Source of the DNA: Geosiphon pyriformis uo1
Lineage: Eukaryota; Fungi; Glomeromycota
NCBI GenBank assembly: GCA_016748015.1
Contig: JAAOMT010000003.1
Location: 1,549,365-1,613,364 of the forward strand
Direction: 5' to 3'
DNA length: 64,000 nt
Shown here: piece after piece, positions 40,193 to 54,810 of the stretch
Layout: each line of letters opens with the position of its first letter
Numbering within the stretch: the first letter of the stretch is position 1
Notes under the pieces: model-generated
The model's input: the letters and a program-made list of their open reading frames with translations, nothing else
Told to the model about the DNA's origin: nothing
The model's database searches: none
Translations under genes and position numbers: made by a program

Positions 40193-43139
40193 GATGGCAA
40201 GAATTGGATTATTTAATTCCAAAAATTAGATAAAAAGATTCTCTTGATTCACGAAATTTTTACGCATTCCTTGGACTGGAACAAGATATTGCGATTTATT
40301 AGTTTTTGAGGTGATGATCATCTACTAAATGGTGATGGGGGGGGGAAGCACTTTAATAATTGCTAACGCGGAAAAATTGGTGTGATTATGACTAATTGAG
40401 CTATTAATGTCAACAATCAGCAACGATCGTAATAGAAAGAATGAATCGGCAAACACCTCCGAGCTAATTTTTTGCCTGATCATCTTATCTTGTAGATGCA
40501 GGTCAATCTAAAACTTAGTTTGTTTAATTTAAAAAGTATCATTGGTTTTTACTTTGTGTAACGAAAAGGTAAAAGGCTTGGTCGGATCTTTAGGTTTTCC
40601 TATTTTGAGATGGATAATCATACTTGTCGTGAACAGGTATAATGGCAAATTTAGCCAAAAATTTTAAGGATCGTTTAAAATTTATCATCTTTCATAGATT
40701 TATTTCATAAAAAACTGGCTTTTTTGTGAAAACGAACTTCGAACAGGCCATTTAAATTTGTCTAGGAGAGTTCACACGGGTAAAAAAGATTAAAACGTTT
40801 TTATCAGATCACGCCAGTATAATATGGGGGTACAGGTAAATAAGAATTATCATAGTCATATGACCGTCCATCGTATCATTGATTCCCAATTAGATTGTCT
40901 TTTTTTGACTAGCTTCTCCAAGGCGATAATGGGACTTCTAATAATTGGTATTTCTGATCGATTCTTGTTTATCAGCTTTCAATCATAACTTAAACGATTG
41001 GTCTTTGTTAGAAAAACCAATTGAGGAGTAAAAATACCAATCTGAAAATAGATTATGATAATGATTTTAATATATTTCTTATTTTTACTGTTACGATTTT
41101 ATCCTCAGATTTCAAGCTCAATTCGAGCTTTTGAATTTCTTTTATCCAGAAATGACCAGAAATTCAAATTGTGCCCCTCATTTGAATATTTCTTGTCTAT
41201 TTGTAAATTACACTCTCCATTACTACAACTTAATAAAAATATTTATCTCAAAAACTTTTTAATGCTTTTTATTAAAAATACAATTAACATTTTTAACACA
41301 TTTTATTTTTTTTTACATTATTTTGTTACAACTCTTTTATTTTTAAATTTTTTAAAAATCTAATATTGTATTTTAATTAAACAAACAAACCATTTATGAT
41401 ATAAAATTTGTTTATAATAATGTTATATATATGACAATACTGTTTTAAAACATAAAATTATAACTATTTGAAATTAATTTTCAGGTAAAAAAATCAAAAT
41501 CAAAATCAAAAGTTAAAACATCAACTTATAATCAACATTATTTTTAATTTTTATAAATCATAAAAACTTTTTCTATTAATAATAGCCATTCAAAGCACAA
41601 AAATTATTATTAATTTAATAAAAAAAGCACATTTATATAAATTTAAAAATTTTATATAACAAATTTTTCAAAAATAGAATATAAATAAAAAGTCTTTACT
41701 ATTGGTTTAAGTATTAAAATCTTTGGGTTGTTTTTCAAATCATTACTAACATATATTATGTGTATTAACTATTATATTTATTATTAAATATTTATATATA
41801 TAAAAATGGTTGTTTTGAAAAGAAAAACATCTCAACATTTTATTTATTTTTTAATAGTTTAATTTCACATGTTGCTTGGATATCAAATACAAACAAAAAA
41901 CCTTTTTGATGAGTGTCATAAAAAGGCAACATTATGAATATTAAAAATATTCGATGTGATTATTCTGTAATTTAATTCAGATTCAATGGTAAAAAAAAGA
42001 GACAAAATATATATATCTTAGGTCATTGACAATTTAATCGACAGATTGCTTGACAATGGAGAAGGGGAAAAAAGTGGCAGATGTAAGTGGCTCAGTGCCA
42101 AAATTTTAAATTGGTAATAGGTAGAGATTTCAATGGCACCCAAAAAATCTCCTTGAAATTTTTTTTGCCTGATGGGTTGCACACACAAGTGTATGGAGTG
42201 AAAAACACTCATCTGACTAGTGTTGATTCGTTTAAACCCATTCGCATTAAGTAATCATAAAATAAAAGATTTACCAAAAGCCATCGTCTGAAAAAAATTT
42301 GCAGGGATTTAAATTTATAGGTTTCATAATATGAAGAGTGATGGGAATTTGGACATTAAATAATGTTTTCAGGCTTCAATATCTTGAAAAAAAAACGGTT
42401 TTTTACTATGGATTTTTTAATTTGAAATCAAACATATGTATCAAAACTCCTTCGGTCACTAATATATTCAGAACTATTGTTTTTATTCTTTAATGAGTTA
42501 GAGTATGATTATGATTTTAGAAGAAAAGGTGTAAAATTCTGTATGTGATCATAATAGAAAATTCATAAATTAACGAAAAGCTACTTATGTATTAGAAAAT
42601 TTTCATTGGAAGCAATTTCTTTCTCATCCGTTTTGGCAAATCTCATAAAACTTTTTTTTTTGAACCTTTGACGATAATTTCAAAAGATATTCACGAGACT
42701 AAAATTTTTTAGCTTTTTTCTGATTTGTTTAACTTAATAAAAACATTTACTCAATGATAGAAAATATGATGAAACACGATTTTTATGAACAAATAAAAGC
42801 TTCCCAAAAATTCCAAATGAATTTAAACTATTAAAGAATTTATTTTTTGAGATATTTTCGACAACTTCTAAATTAAAAAAAAAAGAGCATGTGTTTGCTA
42901 GCGAAAGAAATCAAATTTGACATGGGTAAAAAAACGATTGTTCACAATCGTGGAGCGTTTTTGGGAAAAAAGATCACAAAATAAATTGGTCCCTTATGAA
43001 CGCAATATATTTACTCAGCGTATTTAAAAAAAAACAACGTTCTCTAGAAGAGGGACTGTCGGACACGGAATTACTTGACCGATGATTTTCTATCTTAAAA
43101 TAATCAACAACTTTTTGCTTGAAAATTTAATTATATTGG

Positions 43140-43425
43140 TCTGAAGTCAAAATCCCGCTGACATATCTAAGAATGACTACATTTCGCATACCTCAATTTG
43201 CAAATGAAAATTTTGCAAGCTATATTAAGAGTGTTATTTCACGTGGGATAATGACGATTATGCTCCTACACTCCCAGTTCTTAGAAACAAAAAATTTGTA
43301 TTCATTTTGGAATTGTCGAAGAATCACGCAACTGTGTATTTAAGGAAAATCAAAGAAGCTATTAATTTTGGTTTTGTTTGGGTCCGAGAAGACAAGGCTG
43401 GTTTGACGAGAAGCAGATATTTGAA
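43140..43425 (+). pseudogene. Class-3 lipase-like exon fragment
   Basis: LRMTTFRIPQFANENFASYI, (frameshift) DNDDYAPTLP, CLGP match TFGQP..N..FA.Y, NxxDYVPxLP and CxGP of neighbouring genes. Confidence 0.6.
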
Positions 43426-43885
43426 TAAGGTTTTTTTTAATTCAAAATTCTTTTATTATAATAATTTCTTCTTTGAAATCTAATGTGCAAAATTTATCAT
43501 TCTAAGCTCATAAAGTCTCTATTTGGGAATAATGATGGAAAACTTTTATGCCTCACAAACTCCACACAAGAATATAAAAAGCATTCTTAAATTATGATAA
43601 ATTTAAATAAACAAAGGTTTTGTGAAATTTCTCGAACTTATTTTATATATATTATAAAAGGTGTTACCAAAATTTACAAAAAAAAAAATTTATGATGTTC
43701 ATATTTATTTTCCACAACAGAGTACTAAATACGTATGCTTGCTCTTAGCCATCATTAATACACCGATCTCTGGTGAGGATTTTGATAATATAGCAAACAA
43801 ATTCCTATCAAATCACAAGGTAATGAAAATATTTATAAACCGCTTAATTTGAAGATTAATTTGGGAGGTTAATTATTCTCAGAAA

Positions 43886-45328
43886 ATGGCATCCAAAAGA
43901 AGCACTTATTGGAATATAAAAACTTTTTTAATTGCTTGGATTATTGGATTGATCATATTCAGAATACATGTATATGGTAAAGGGAAGCCTTAAAAATTTA
44001 GTATTATTTTAGTAGTCTGCTAATTATATATTATATATTTAAAATTTTCAAAATAATATTTGAAGAAAGCTTTTCAAGGACTAAATTAAACTTGTTTAAA
44101 GAGAAGAATTCGGCGATAGAACATATTGGCTCGACTGATTTCACCTCTAAAATATATTTCAGCAATGAAGAAAAACAAAATAGCACAATCATCATCCGAT
44201 CACGAAAAGGGCTGGATGGTGTTAAAACGGAATATCCCAATCAGTTTATCGTACGAGACCATTTACCGGAATATGCATGGTGGGCAATGCGATCGTATTG
44301 CCTCGATGGAAATAATTTAGTTGGTCCAGGAGTATACGGTTCGTCATTTTAAAAAGTTTTTAGGTTTATTCATTATTGACTATAAACAAAATTGAATCTT
44401 AATCTTTTGAATTTCAGCCAAAGTTGTTGTGCGAAACTCCAAATTAATTCTCATGGTAAAAGGCGAATCACTTGACAATGAAAACTACTGGGAAAAACGA
44501 GAAAATCAACTCATCGATTATCCAATACTCTCTTCAAAAGCTATTGGAGCAAAAGTCGATAAAATATTTTATAAAAATTTCAAAAAAATACGCAAAGCTG
44601 TGACTAATCTTATTTTAACTGCTCTCCGGAAACATGAGGTCGAGATTATTATAGCTGTTGGACATGGATCAGGTGGAGGTAACATCTTGAATCTTTTTTA
44701 AAGTCACTCACTTTGATACATAGAAAAATTCTGGTGATGTTCTTGTTTCATTATTTTAGTTTATGCAATCTTGCAAATGTTAGAATTAGTCAAATTAAGT
44801 ATGACGGTGCCTTTGAGGGTTTGCACTTTTGGCCAACCACATCTAGCGAATCGCGAGTTTTTTCAACAATTTAATAGAATGGCGACCAATATCAATGAAA
44901 TTTTATTAACTCGAGTGACGAATATGAATGATTATGTCCCAAAGCTTCCTGAAAGTACAATTCGAGACTTTTACGTACAAAGCCCCTCAGAAATTTGGAT
45001 TGAATCTGATGATTGTCAATGTGCTACTGGAAAAGTTTACATATGTCTTGGACCAAAGTTTTTCCAAAATGATGGGTCAGTTATTCTTCAGGAAAATCAG
45101 GTTTAGTTTTTGATGAATTTATTTAATTCAAACGAAAAAATATCCAATTTACAAAATTTTATCGATTTTTAGGATTGCAATGCTCAATTTTCAGAAAAAA
45201 ACTTTGCCCCACATAATGGGCCTTATTTTGACTACATGATGGGGAAATGCTTAGATGTACCACCACCTTGGGATATAAATTTTTGGCAAAAACTGCGCTC
45301 GAAATACTTTAGAAACTGGTATTTATAA
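43886..45328 (+). CDS. Class-3 lipase-like protein A, Gly at nucleophile position (GHGSGG), ~373 aa; exons 43886-43976, 44066-44338, 44418-44678, 44760-45100, 45173-45328
   Basis: All introns GT..AG and frame-preserving; hydrophobic N-terminus; motifs SYC, VKGES, AVGHGSGGVYA, TFGQP, RVTNMNDYVPKLP, EIWI, HNGPYF..MGKC. Confidence 0.9.
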
Positions 45329-46831
45329 ACATTTGATGAGTAATTAACTAATAAAAATAATGTCTTCCATACTCATAATTTCCTAATTTCAAAAGGAAAT
45401 TAATGGAATGATTATATTTTTCAAATAAACAATTTCAAAGTTAAATATTTGAGTAGCTATTCTTCGCGATATTAAAATAGAAATATTTATAACACATGAA
45501 TAAACCTAAAGTAGTATGAGAGTTTAAATATTTTTAATAAAACTAAACTCAAAATTAGTTAGGCACTTAAATTCTTTTTGAACTCTAAACCCAAGGATTC
45601 TTTGTTTGTAACTAATGTTTTGAGAGATAATTGTCTGAAATTTTATTTTTAGTTTCAAATTTAGAACCTCATTGGAAATTTTTGTGAAATTAAAATACCT
45701 TTGCAATGGCAACTGAAATCAGGCCACTCCAATCTCCAATGCATGGAAGGCTAGTCATCTTAACTACAGTGATTTTTCAAAGAGTTAATAGCAGTTTGCT
45801 GCTCTCAAATTCCAGTTTCTGTAGAAAAATGACAGTATACCGCATACTTAATGTTTTAACTTATTAAAATTAAAAATACTTAAGAATTTTTCAAGCCTGG
45901 AATAAGTAAAGTTTCTTCTGTGAGCAACTACATATGATTCACAGCTGACTTTCTTTGTTATTGAAACCTATTAAAGAAACAAAATTCGATCCGATCTGTA
46001 GTCCAAAAATTTTTGTTTTGATCTTGGAAAATATTTTGAGTGGTTAATACTCATTTTATAAAAAAATTTTTTTTTTTTAGCTAGAAATACTCCAAGCTAA
46101 GGTTTTTTTTGCAAGTATTAAATTCGGGAACTTTATGCGAAAATATTCTATAAAAATTTAAATCTTTCATTTTAAAATGCGGGAGGAAAGGCTCAATGCT
46201 TATAATTAAAAGTTTTTATAAATATTTTCGTCAAAATGCTATTTCTGATAAAAATATTTAACATGATTTGATTAAAAGCTATTTTGAAAATAACTCAACT
46301 GGCTCGTTTGAAAAAAAAATTAGGTTTTGTTTTTAAAATATTTTTTGGTGTCACAATTCTTTTAGAAAAAATCGAATTTGGTAAAGAAAATTTATTAGTT
46401 TGAACCAAAGAAAAGAAAAATTTTACCAAACTGAAAATGTTTTGAAATCCTTTGAAATGATAAAAAAAAAATTTTTTCTTTTGATCTTTATCAACTTTCG
46501 AAAGATGAATTGTCATTAGGGAATTCAACGATTATGAAAAATGTTTCTGAACAATTGGTTTTAATTGTCAAACTTTTTCAAATGCTAATTTTTAAAAATA
46601 ACTACATGTAGAATTCTGGTAGCTCGAGAATATCAGAAAATTAATCAAGTCAAATCACTATCAATTTTAAATTATAATTAAAGGACCAATCACAGTAGCA
46701 TTTTATGATACATTCAAGAAACCCAATCATTTTTTTAAAGCGAATATCATCATCAATTCAAAAGCCCTCCTTTATCTTATATATATATATAAGTATCATC
46801 ACATTGATAAAATATATTTCAGCGATGAGAC

Positions 46832-47612
46832 ATGACTTGTAAAAATATAACTTGTGATGATCGCATTGTGCTAAATGTAAGGTAAGAAAGCTTTTCCTCG
46901 AGATTCAATAGCAATTATTTGCTGCGCGAAATATGGTAAATCGAATCAACGTTCTTAGTACGAAACTTTTCGCTTAATATTAACTGCGCGTCCTGACACT
47001 CTCCTTGGGAACATGTTTTCTGAAAGAAATAAAAGCATGCCTAAGCCTACCAAAGGCAATGAATATTTCTTTGATCGTGATGGTCATGTATTTCACTACA
47101 TAATGCAATATTATTGTCTTTTGCAAAGTCATATGGCCCCCTACCCCAAAGTGATTAAAAGACGAGCTCCGATATTTTCAAATTTCTTTTATTAATTCAC
47201 AATCAATCGACAGTCAGGAATTCGAGCTCGCTGAGGTAGTTGATGAATTTGTGTCGGCTTTAGAAAGCCTTATTAAAGGCTATGCGTCATAATTTTCAAA
47301 GTGAAGTAACCCTAAAGTGCTATGAGCGACTTTAGAACCGCCACAGGGTTGACAGGGTCACAAAATCAAGAATAGTTCCACATTTGAAAGATTCGTGCAA
47401 ATTTTAGAAAACTTTGACCTCGCGGCCTATGAAATACTCAAAAGATTAAGCTCAAAGATTATTACCACCTTGAGAAAAAAATTCCAAACGTGGATATCAA
47501 TATTGATTCGAATGAGATGCATACGGGTATGAAATATGCCTTTTTCAGTGTGAGAGCTAGGGATTCATATGATAATGATAGGATCCTTTCTCAAAGCTAT
47601 CTCAAAAATTAG
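46832..47612 (+). pseudogene. BTB/POZ pseudogene, paralogue of 37391-38287
   Basis: Exon 1 MTCKNITCDDRIVLNV lacks GGIK and ends out of phase; same intron position; YETFRLILTARPDTLLGNMF...EYFFDRDGHVFHYIMQYY, then frameshifted DELRYFQI, VDEFVSALESLI, DRILSQSYLKN*. Confidence 0.85.
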
Positions 47613-47884
47613 AACGTAAAATTGCTCTGTTGCTGCCAAACGAACAGCAATTTTAAAAAATCGTGTCCTTAAATTTTTGAATAAACTAAGGTTCCATCGA
47701 AACTATTTCGCTTTTGTTGAATCATTTGATTAGAGACTACAGGAAAGAATCCCAATTGTTAACATTTTTATAAAATTAGAAAATTCCATGAAAAGATTGG
47801 TTTTATCAAATATTTAGGCTTGCTCAATTAACATGAAAATCAATTCAAATTCGGCAGTGTCCAGAAATATAGAAAGTTTAATAT

Positions 47885-49334
47885 TCATAAAATGTCAACC
47901 GTACAAGTTCCCATCATGATACCCATATATGGTCCATCATGTGGTTTAAAATTTCTCGTTTTATATTGATTATTGCACAACTAATTTTCAAAGGCAAAAT
48001 GAAATTTTTTTAAATATTGGTCCATCATAACAAAAAATAAACTTTACAAGGCAAATAGGGGTGATTGCAAAAATACCTGACTTTCTTCAGTAAAAAGAAC
48101 CCCATCATTCATAGTAGTTGGTCCAATACATCCAAAAACTTTACTCTTTGTACAATCACAATCATCATTAGTCTCGATCCAGTATTCTACAAATGGGTGA
48201 TGGTACGGTATAAAATCTAAGGAAGTGTGAACAGGTAACTTTGGAACATAATCGTCCATATTCGTTAGTCGGACCGCATGGAGCCCCTTAATTTCGTTAA
48301 GATACTGGGCAAATTTCTTATCACCCATATGAGGCTGTCCAAAAGTTATTAAAGTGAGAACAATGTTGAAATTTAGCGTGTAGATTAAATCCAAAATTGC
48401 AAAAGTTGCATATACTAGGTTATTGAAAATTGAATCAACGTTAATTGAGCAAAGTTACTTTTCAAAGAAGATGGAAAACTTGATTTAACAGATGGTTCAG
48501 GTAAACTGAGAAAGTGCAGTTACTTACCGCCACCAAGCCCATGACCAACAGCAACAAAATTTCGAGCCTTTCCTCGCAAAGAATTCAAAACCATCTTAGA
48601 CATCTTATCCTGAGTTCTCAGATAGTTTGTATAAAAGAATTTATCCACCTGAGCTCCAACAAACTTGGGATATTTTATAAACTCATTTTGTCTATTTTCC
48701 CAGTCCTCTATCGCTGATTCTCCTTTTACTGTCAGAATGATTTCCGAACCATCAACAAATATTCCAGCTGTAAAAAGCAAAGAGTAAGCAAAGGTTTGCT
48801 TTATTAAAAATATTTAATTTAAAATGTATTTTTTGGCAAATTACCACGTATTTCCTGACCCAGATTTTTTGTTTCAGTTACACAATAAGCTTTCATTGCA
48901 TAAATTGCGTATTTTCTTAGCTCTATTAATTCTAATATGGGTAGAATTTCTTTTTTCCCCAATAGATCTGTTGTTTGACTATCAATTTCGTTAATTGTTC
49001 TTCTCTCCAAAATAAATCTTTTAATCTTTAAAGAATCATGTTTTAAAGTAGAAATTGAAGTGTTGTTGCCGCCCTTTGAAATGGAAGAAGTAACAGACGT
49101 GGTGCTTAAAATGAGTTTGGTATTATTATTTTTTCGAAAACTTTTAAAGATTTTTGATGTGAATAAAATTTCCTGATTTATTTTATGTTGAGAAAGTGGG
49201 TCAGTATTTTTCCAACTAACAAAATTTATTGTTATCTCTGTCAACAGTAAGTTAAGTAATAAATTCACGAAAATCAATATCAGCACGCAAATCAAGGCTA
49301 ATGTTGATGAGTAGAAATTTTGCGATGATAACAT
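47885..49334 (-). CDS. Class-3 lipase-like protein B (GHGLGG), ~387 aa; exons 49334-48845, 48767-48528, 48414-48077, 47980-47885
   Basis: In-frame GT..AG splicing; long N-terminal hydrophobic segment; AYC, VKGES, AVGHGLGGVYA, TFGQP, RLTNMDDYVPKLP, EYWI, HDGPYM..MGTC. Confidence 0.92.
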
Positions 49335-51349
49335 TACTTTTTTGATTTAATAGGTGAAAACGATGTAAAATAAATAGGTTGGGTATTTTATACAATAAAA
49401 AATTTAAGGTATTATTATAACTTTAATTATTGAATGCTAGAAATATGTTACTTTTTAAAGATTGTTATTTTAATAATTAAATAAAGCAAAAGGTAATGTA
49501 ACACGCTGCCAGCATCGATTTTATATATATGGATTGGGACATGCATAATTAAAGGATGATCCTAAACACTCTTTCTGTGTTTTTTTCTTGCATGAGTAGG
49601 CTTTATTTTGATCGATTCGTAAGAATTTAAAACTAGAAACGAAACGAGAAATTTCTCGAGAATCTATTTTTATTTGGTTATTATCTTATCTCCATCAAAT
49701 GTAAACATCTTCTGTCACGCTTAATATCTTTTTTCAGCTAATGATTACCTATTTAGGCTAACGTATTCGTATATTTTTTTTCTTTGAGTGAGGTTATATT
49801 CACAAAAGAAGTCATTTTCCCTTGATGATTAATTTCAGATATTTTTCTCACAATGGGAAAGAAAAATGGTCGGGAGCCTAAAGGCTTTTCATCGTAATAA
49901 CTTCAAAATTCCCAAAATACATCACATCTACGGGTTATGACGATAGATCTCTGTTTCTCGTGCGATTCGACATCAAATTTGGTATCAATCCTGCTTATCC
50001 TGATACTGTATATTTAAAATTTTACATGCACAATGAGGATAATTTTCCTCATGCCAATTTTTTCATCTGTTTACGTCATACTGGGAAAATACACATAAAT
50101 GGCAGTCGCATGTGTTTCGCATATCAAATATCATAGGCTGAGGTCGTGATTTTATAAAATAGGCTTTAAAAAGTTTTGTTTTATATGGAGCGTGCTGCAA
50201 TAAAGCCAGACAAAGTGAATGTCAAGCAATTATGGCTTTGGTTATTGAAAAGGGATTTATCTTTTCGCTGGCTTCTCAGCACTCAGAATATTGCTGTTAT
50301 CCCGGCTGTCATAAAGGAGATATTCGTCTTGAATTACTTTACCTAAGAGCTGGGTATAATGTTGAGCCGTCGAATACGTTCCTCTCCGGTGCCCAATAAG
50401 GAGATCAACCACACCACAAGAGGAAGAGATGCAAAAGCGGCGATGAGCGTTTGCTCTTTTCAGGGCATCCATCATTCTCTCGTCTGACCACTTTCTCCTT
50501 TTCCTCGCAATGCCAATCACACAAGGTACAACCTTGCAAACGAACTCCTTTTAGTTGTGACACCAGAATTGGTTACCCGCGACTCCATTTGAGATGAATG
50601 AATATGGTAAGGAAGGAGATTTTGAATTTTTGAATTTCCCTGACTTCTTTATTCAATTGAAAATCCTTTGTGACCCAGTGTTTTTTGTGGAAACCTTGAG
50701 CATGATATAAAAAGATTATCAGAAAATCATTTCTAATCAGGGGTCAATGAGCTATTTTAATTGGCGAGATTTATATAAACATTTGTGGAGGTCGTTATCT
50801 CGGGTCAACTAGTTTTTTTAAAATCACAGATTATATCTCGGATGTAATCAAATCTCATACCATGTTTGAGAAAAGTTATAATAAAATAAAATATAAAAAA
50901 TCTTTAATTCATAATCTAAATTTTAGTTTTGAATCAAAATAATGAGTATTTTGCATATTTCAAATAAATTGACTAATACTACCTTTTTAGTGGATATATT
51001 TTCGAAAAAGGATACATTCCATTCTTTGTAATACATGATAAAAATTAAATTCAAACAAAAATGTAAATAATTATTTTTATTTAGTGGAGCATTTGAAATT
51101 TCGAACGAAATGTGGTAAAATTTCTAAAAAAGATGCCCAAAACAACAGTTTAAAAATTGGATCAGCTCCGATTCATGTATGTTTCAAAGATTATCATTAA
51201 AAACTGTGTTTTATATTATCTTATCTTGCTGTAATTTATTGGACATATTTCAAGTTCTTATTTTCAAAAAATTATGCTTTCTCAATTTCTTTGTAGAATA
51301 ACAACAAGACTAATAAATATAAAACGAATAAGGTTTATGTAAAGCATTA

Positions 51350-54100
51350 AAATGATTCAAACTATATTAGATTTTTAAGAAAATAACCCAGTTGTTAGGA
51401 AGATTATATTTAATAAAACTATTTATTTTAGCGCTACAAAGAATTTCAGCAATGCAGCTGTATATAATATCAATGATTTTCATTGGATTAATATTTTAAA
51501 AAAATTATAAATTAAATAAAATTTTTATTTTTATTTATATGATTGTAATACTAATTTCTTAAAAACAAGTTTCTTTAACTTTGAATGGTCTAAAAAATTT
51601 GATTCACATAAAATAGCATTATTTTTAAAAAAAATTAATCAGCTTCATATTTAAAGAATTTTAAAACATAACCAAATATTCTAATTTTTTTTTTAAGGAT
51701 TAAATTTCGAAAACTAATTTTAAAAGCTTCAAAGTTTTATGTTTTTAAATAATAAGAAAGCACTAGATAAAAAACACATTTACTATTTATTAAATTACTT
51801 TACAAAATTTTGTGAATTTAAGATATAAGAATATAGTTAGAATATTAATTAAATCAAAGAATTAATTTAATTTAGAACCATTTTATTAATTAAGTTAAAT
51901 ATAATCCATCTGGAATAATGGAAGTGATTTTATTCTTTTATCATTTAACCATTATAAAGGATAGTATCGAGTGAATAATTATGAAAGAAAGGAATTCCTA
52001 TTGAATGTTGAACCTGTATAGTATATGCTTCTATCCAGAACATTGTGAAATTTTTTCAGACCGAATTTTCTATCAGATGTTCTGATTGATATTTCAATTT
52101 TTATTTTTGCTTTGGAGATAATGGCATTTTTTCTAATATTTTGAAAATTGATCAAACATAATTCTGTTTGATTTGCTCAAAGAATTTATCAATCACGTAT
52201 CACGTGTTACTCTGAATTTTCTTGGTCAGATCTTTCAGGAATCGAGTTAATCACTAATAAAACTATCAATTTTAAAACCTTAATAACTTGAGAAAAATTT
52301 ATTTAATTTGAAAATTTGTTCTGATATTATAATAGAACTCAACCTAATATGTCTTTTATCAGGTCCAATTCAAATTATTTATAATTTTGGAAGACTAGAT
52401 ACATTTAAAAATTAGGTAAGATTTCTTTGATGACTTCAAATGTCTTGTACTATAGCACTTTTATAAACTATAAAAAATTAGTGGTTGCTTCTTTTTTACT
52501 CTTCATTTTAGTTTTGATCATAAAAATTACAATATTTTATTCAAAATAATATAATAATTGTTGAAAAAATTTTATAAACTCAAATTAGATATTTTCAACT
52601 TTTTTTTATAAAATATAAAATTTATAATTAATTTTCATTTAATAAATATTCTAGTTAAATCCTAAAAATTTAATCAATAAAATATTAAAACTTTTAAGCT
52701 AAAAATTTTAAATTTTTTAACAAGGAATGCTGAAAACAAAATTATTTAAGTTTCTGTCTAAAAAAGCATTAGTATGCAGCAGAATATTGCTAAGACTATT
52801 AATTTTTCTCATATAAGCTTAAACAATGTTATTTGCAAGTTCAAAAAGAGCTTCAGAAATGAAAGTTACTTTTTTTCAAAATTACTTATCCTGAATTTTT
52901 CTCAATATTTTAACATAATTCTAAAGAGATTATTTTCTTTTACAATTTGTAAGAATTTTTTTTATTTAACCAATGTCATGTGAGACAGCTCATTATCGAT
53001 AATTCTAAAAACTTATTTTTCCAATAATTTAGAAAGAATGCAGAAGCCATATTATAAATTTATATCTGAATCAAATAAAGTTTTGATTTCAAAAAACTTA
53101 AATAAAATTTTTAATCTCTAATTTATATTCATTAAAATATTTTTGAAAAACTAATTTCAACCTGAATTATTAAACATAGCTTATCTTTTAGTTGGTATTT
53201 TTTAGAATGAAAAACATTCAAGATATGTTTTCTGAATATTGTAATAAATTATTTTAAAATTGTCAAAATTAATTTTTTTTCTAAAAACTTATAGTTATTA
53301 TACTAATATAAGTTAGTGAAATTGGAATATTTAAATAATTACTTTGATTCAATAAATTATTGCGGCTGGAACATAGTATCATAATACAAACCAATTAAAT
53401 AAATTAGGTTAAGAAAAGTCCTGATTGCATTTAATCTATTTAAATATTTGGATTGAAACTGCCAGCATAAATTTCTACAGTGACAAAATTTATAAAAAAC
53501 CAGAATACTCCAACCTTTTAATTAATAATAAAAATTTTTCAGATTTGAACTTTAAGTAGAATGTTTAAAGTTTTATTACTAATAAATAGAGGCAAAATTT
53601 TTTCTCTCAAATATTTATTTTATGAAGCATTTGGTCTAAAAATTGCGAAAATATTAATAAGAATCAAAAAATCTTGTTTCATCAAATGTTGAGCATTTAA
53701 TAAAAGATAATAAACTCAAAGAAATTTAATCACTGTTTAAAATAATAGGTAAAATTTATTAGAACTTATATAACGGGGATATTCCTGATAATTTTTTATT
53801 ATTAATGATTTTGTTATTGATTTGACACTATTTCTCGAAATTGGAATATTTCTGTCTCTTAGATTCTACGAGATGAAAATTACACATTTTTATTGTTCTT
53901 TGTTTTATATTTTCGATTAATTTGATTAATTTTATTTAAAAACGATATTATCTATTAGTTACCACTACTATCGTTGATAATTGGGTATTCTAGAATTGAA
54001 CTAATCTTTCTTCATCCAAGGTTTGAAATGGAAATTGACTCAAATTGTAATTTTTGATTAATGTTGCTTAATTTATCAAATAATAAATTTTATTAAAAAG
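51350..54100. mobile_element. Decayed AT-rich element relic, family unassigned
   Basis: CpG-poor, stop-riddled sequence between genes; no diagnostic motif recovered. Confidence 0.35.
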
Positions 54101-54810
54101 TAATCTTAAACAAATAAAGAAATTTCTCGTTGTACATTTGAAGGAAAATTTTGTATGGAATGCATTAATGGGCAACGGGGCATATTTGAAACTCATCCCT
54201 TGAAAGTTTAGCAAATAGACGGTTCTATACCAGTTTCGGCTTCCCATTTATCTAAAAAGAATCGATATAACCCCCATATATGAAACATGGGCCACAAATT
54301 TTAGCTCCCAGGTTTTTCCATAATGAATCAATTGGGCATTTTATGCTCAACAAAATTAAAAATTAATATTTAGTCAAATGTCATATTACCATGATGTGCC
54401 AAATTCCAAGATATCGTGGTTAAATTTTAAACTTATAACATAAAAAAATCTTTACCTATCCGACTATCTCCAGTTTGTAAGTTTTCAAATGAATTTCTGA
54501 AACGATCTTACAAAGAACTTATCGTCACTTGGTTTTTGAGAAAGGGACCTTGATTTTGTTCAAAAATTTATTTTGCTGAAGTGTTTTACATCCAAAAAAA
54601 TTGAAGCTTTAATATTCATCAAAAACTAACTTTTCTTTCTTGAATTAATAAATAATTAGCAAAGAAAATATTCAAATAGAATATTTGTTAACAAATTAAT
54701 TGTCTTAATTAAAATTCACAAACCTAATTGTGAATAAAAATGTAACCTGAAGAAAATTTCTACTAATTGAATTCAATAAAAAATCCATCAACATATCAAA
54801 AAGACTATTT

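Noticed and set aside
52950-53040. LINE reverse transcriptase motif (PMSCETA resembling RPIxLLET)
   Set aside because: No supporting downstream RT motifs found.
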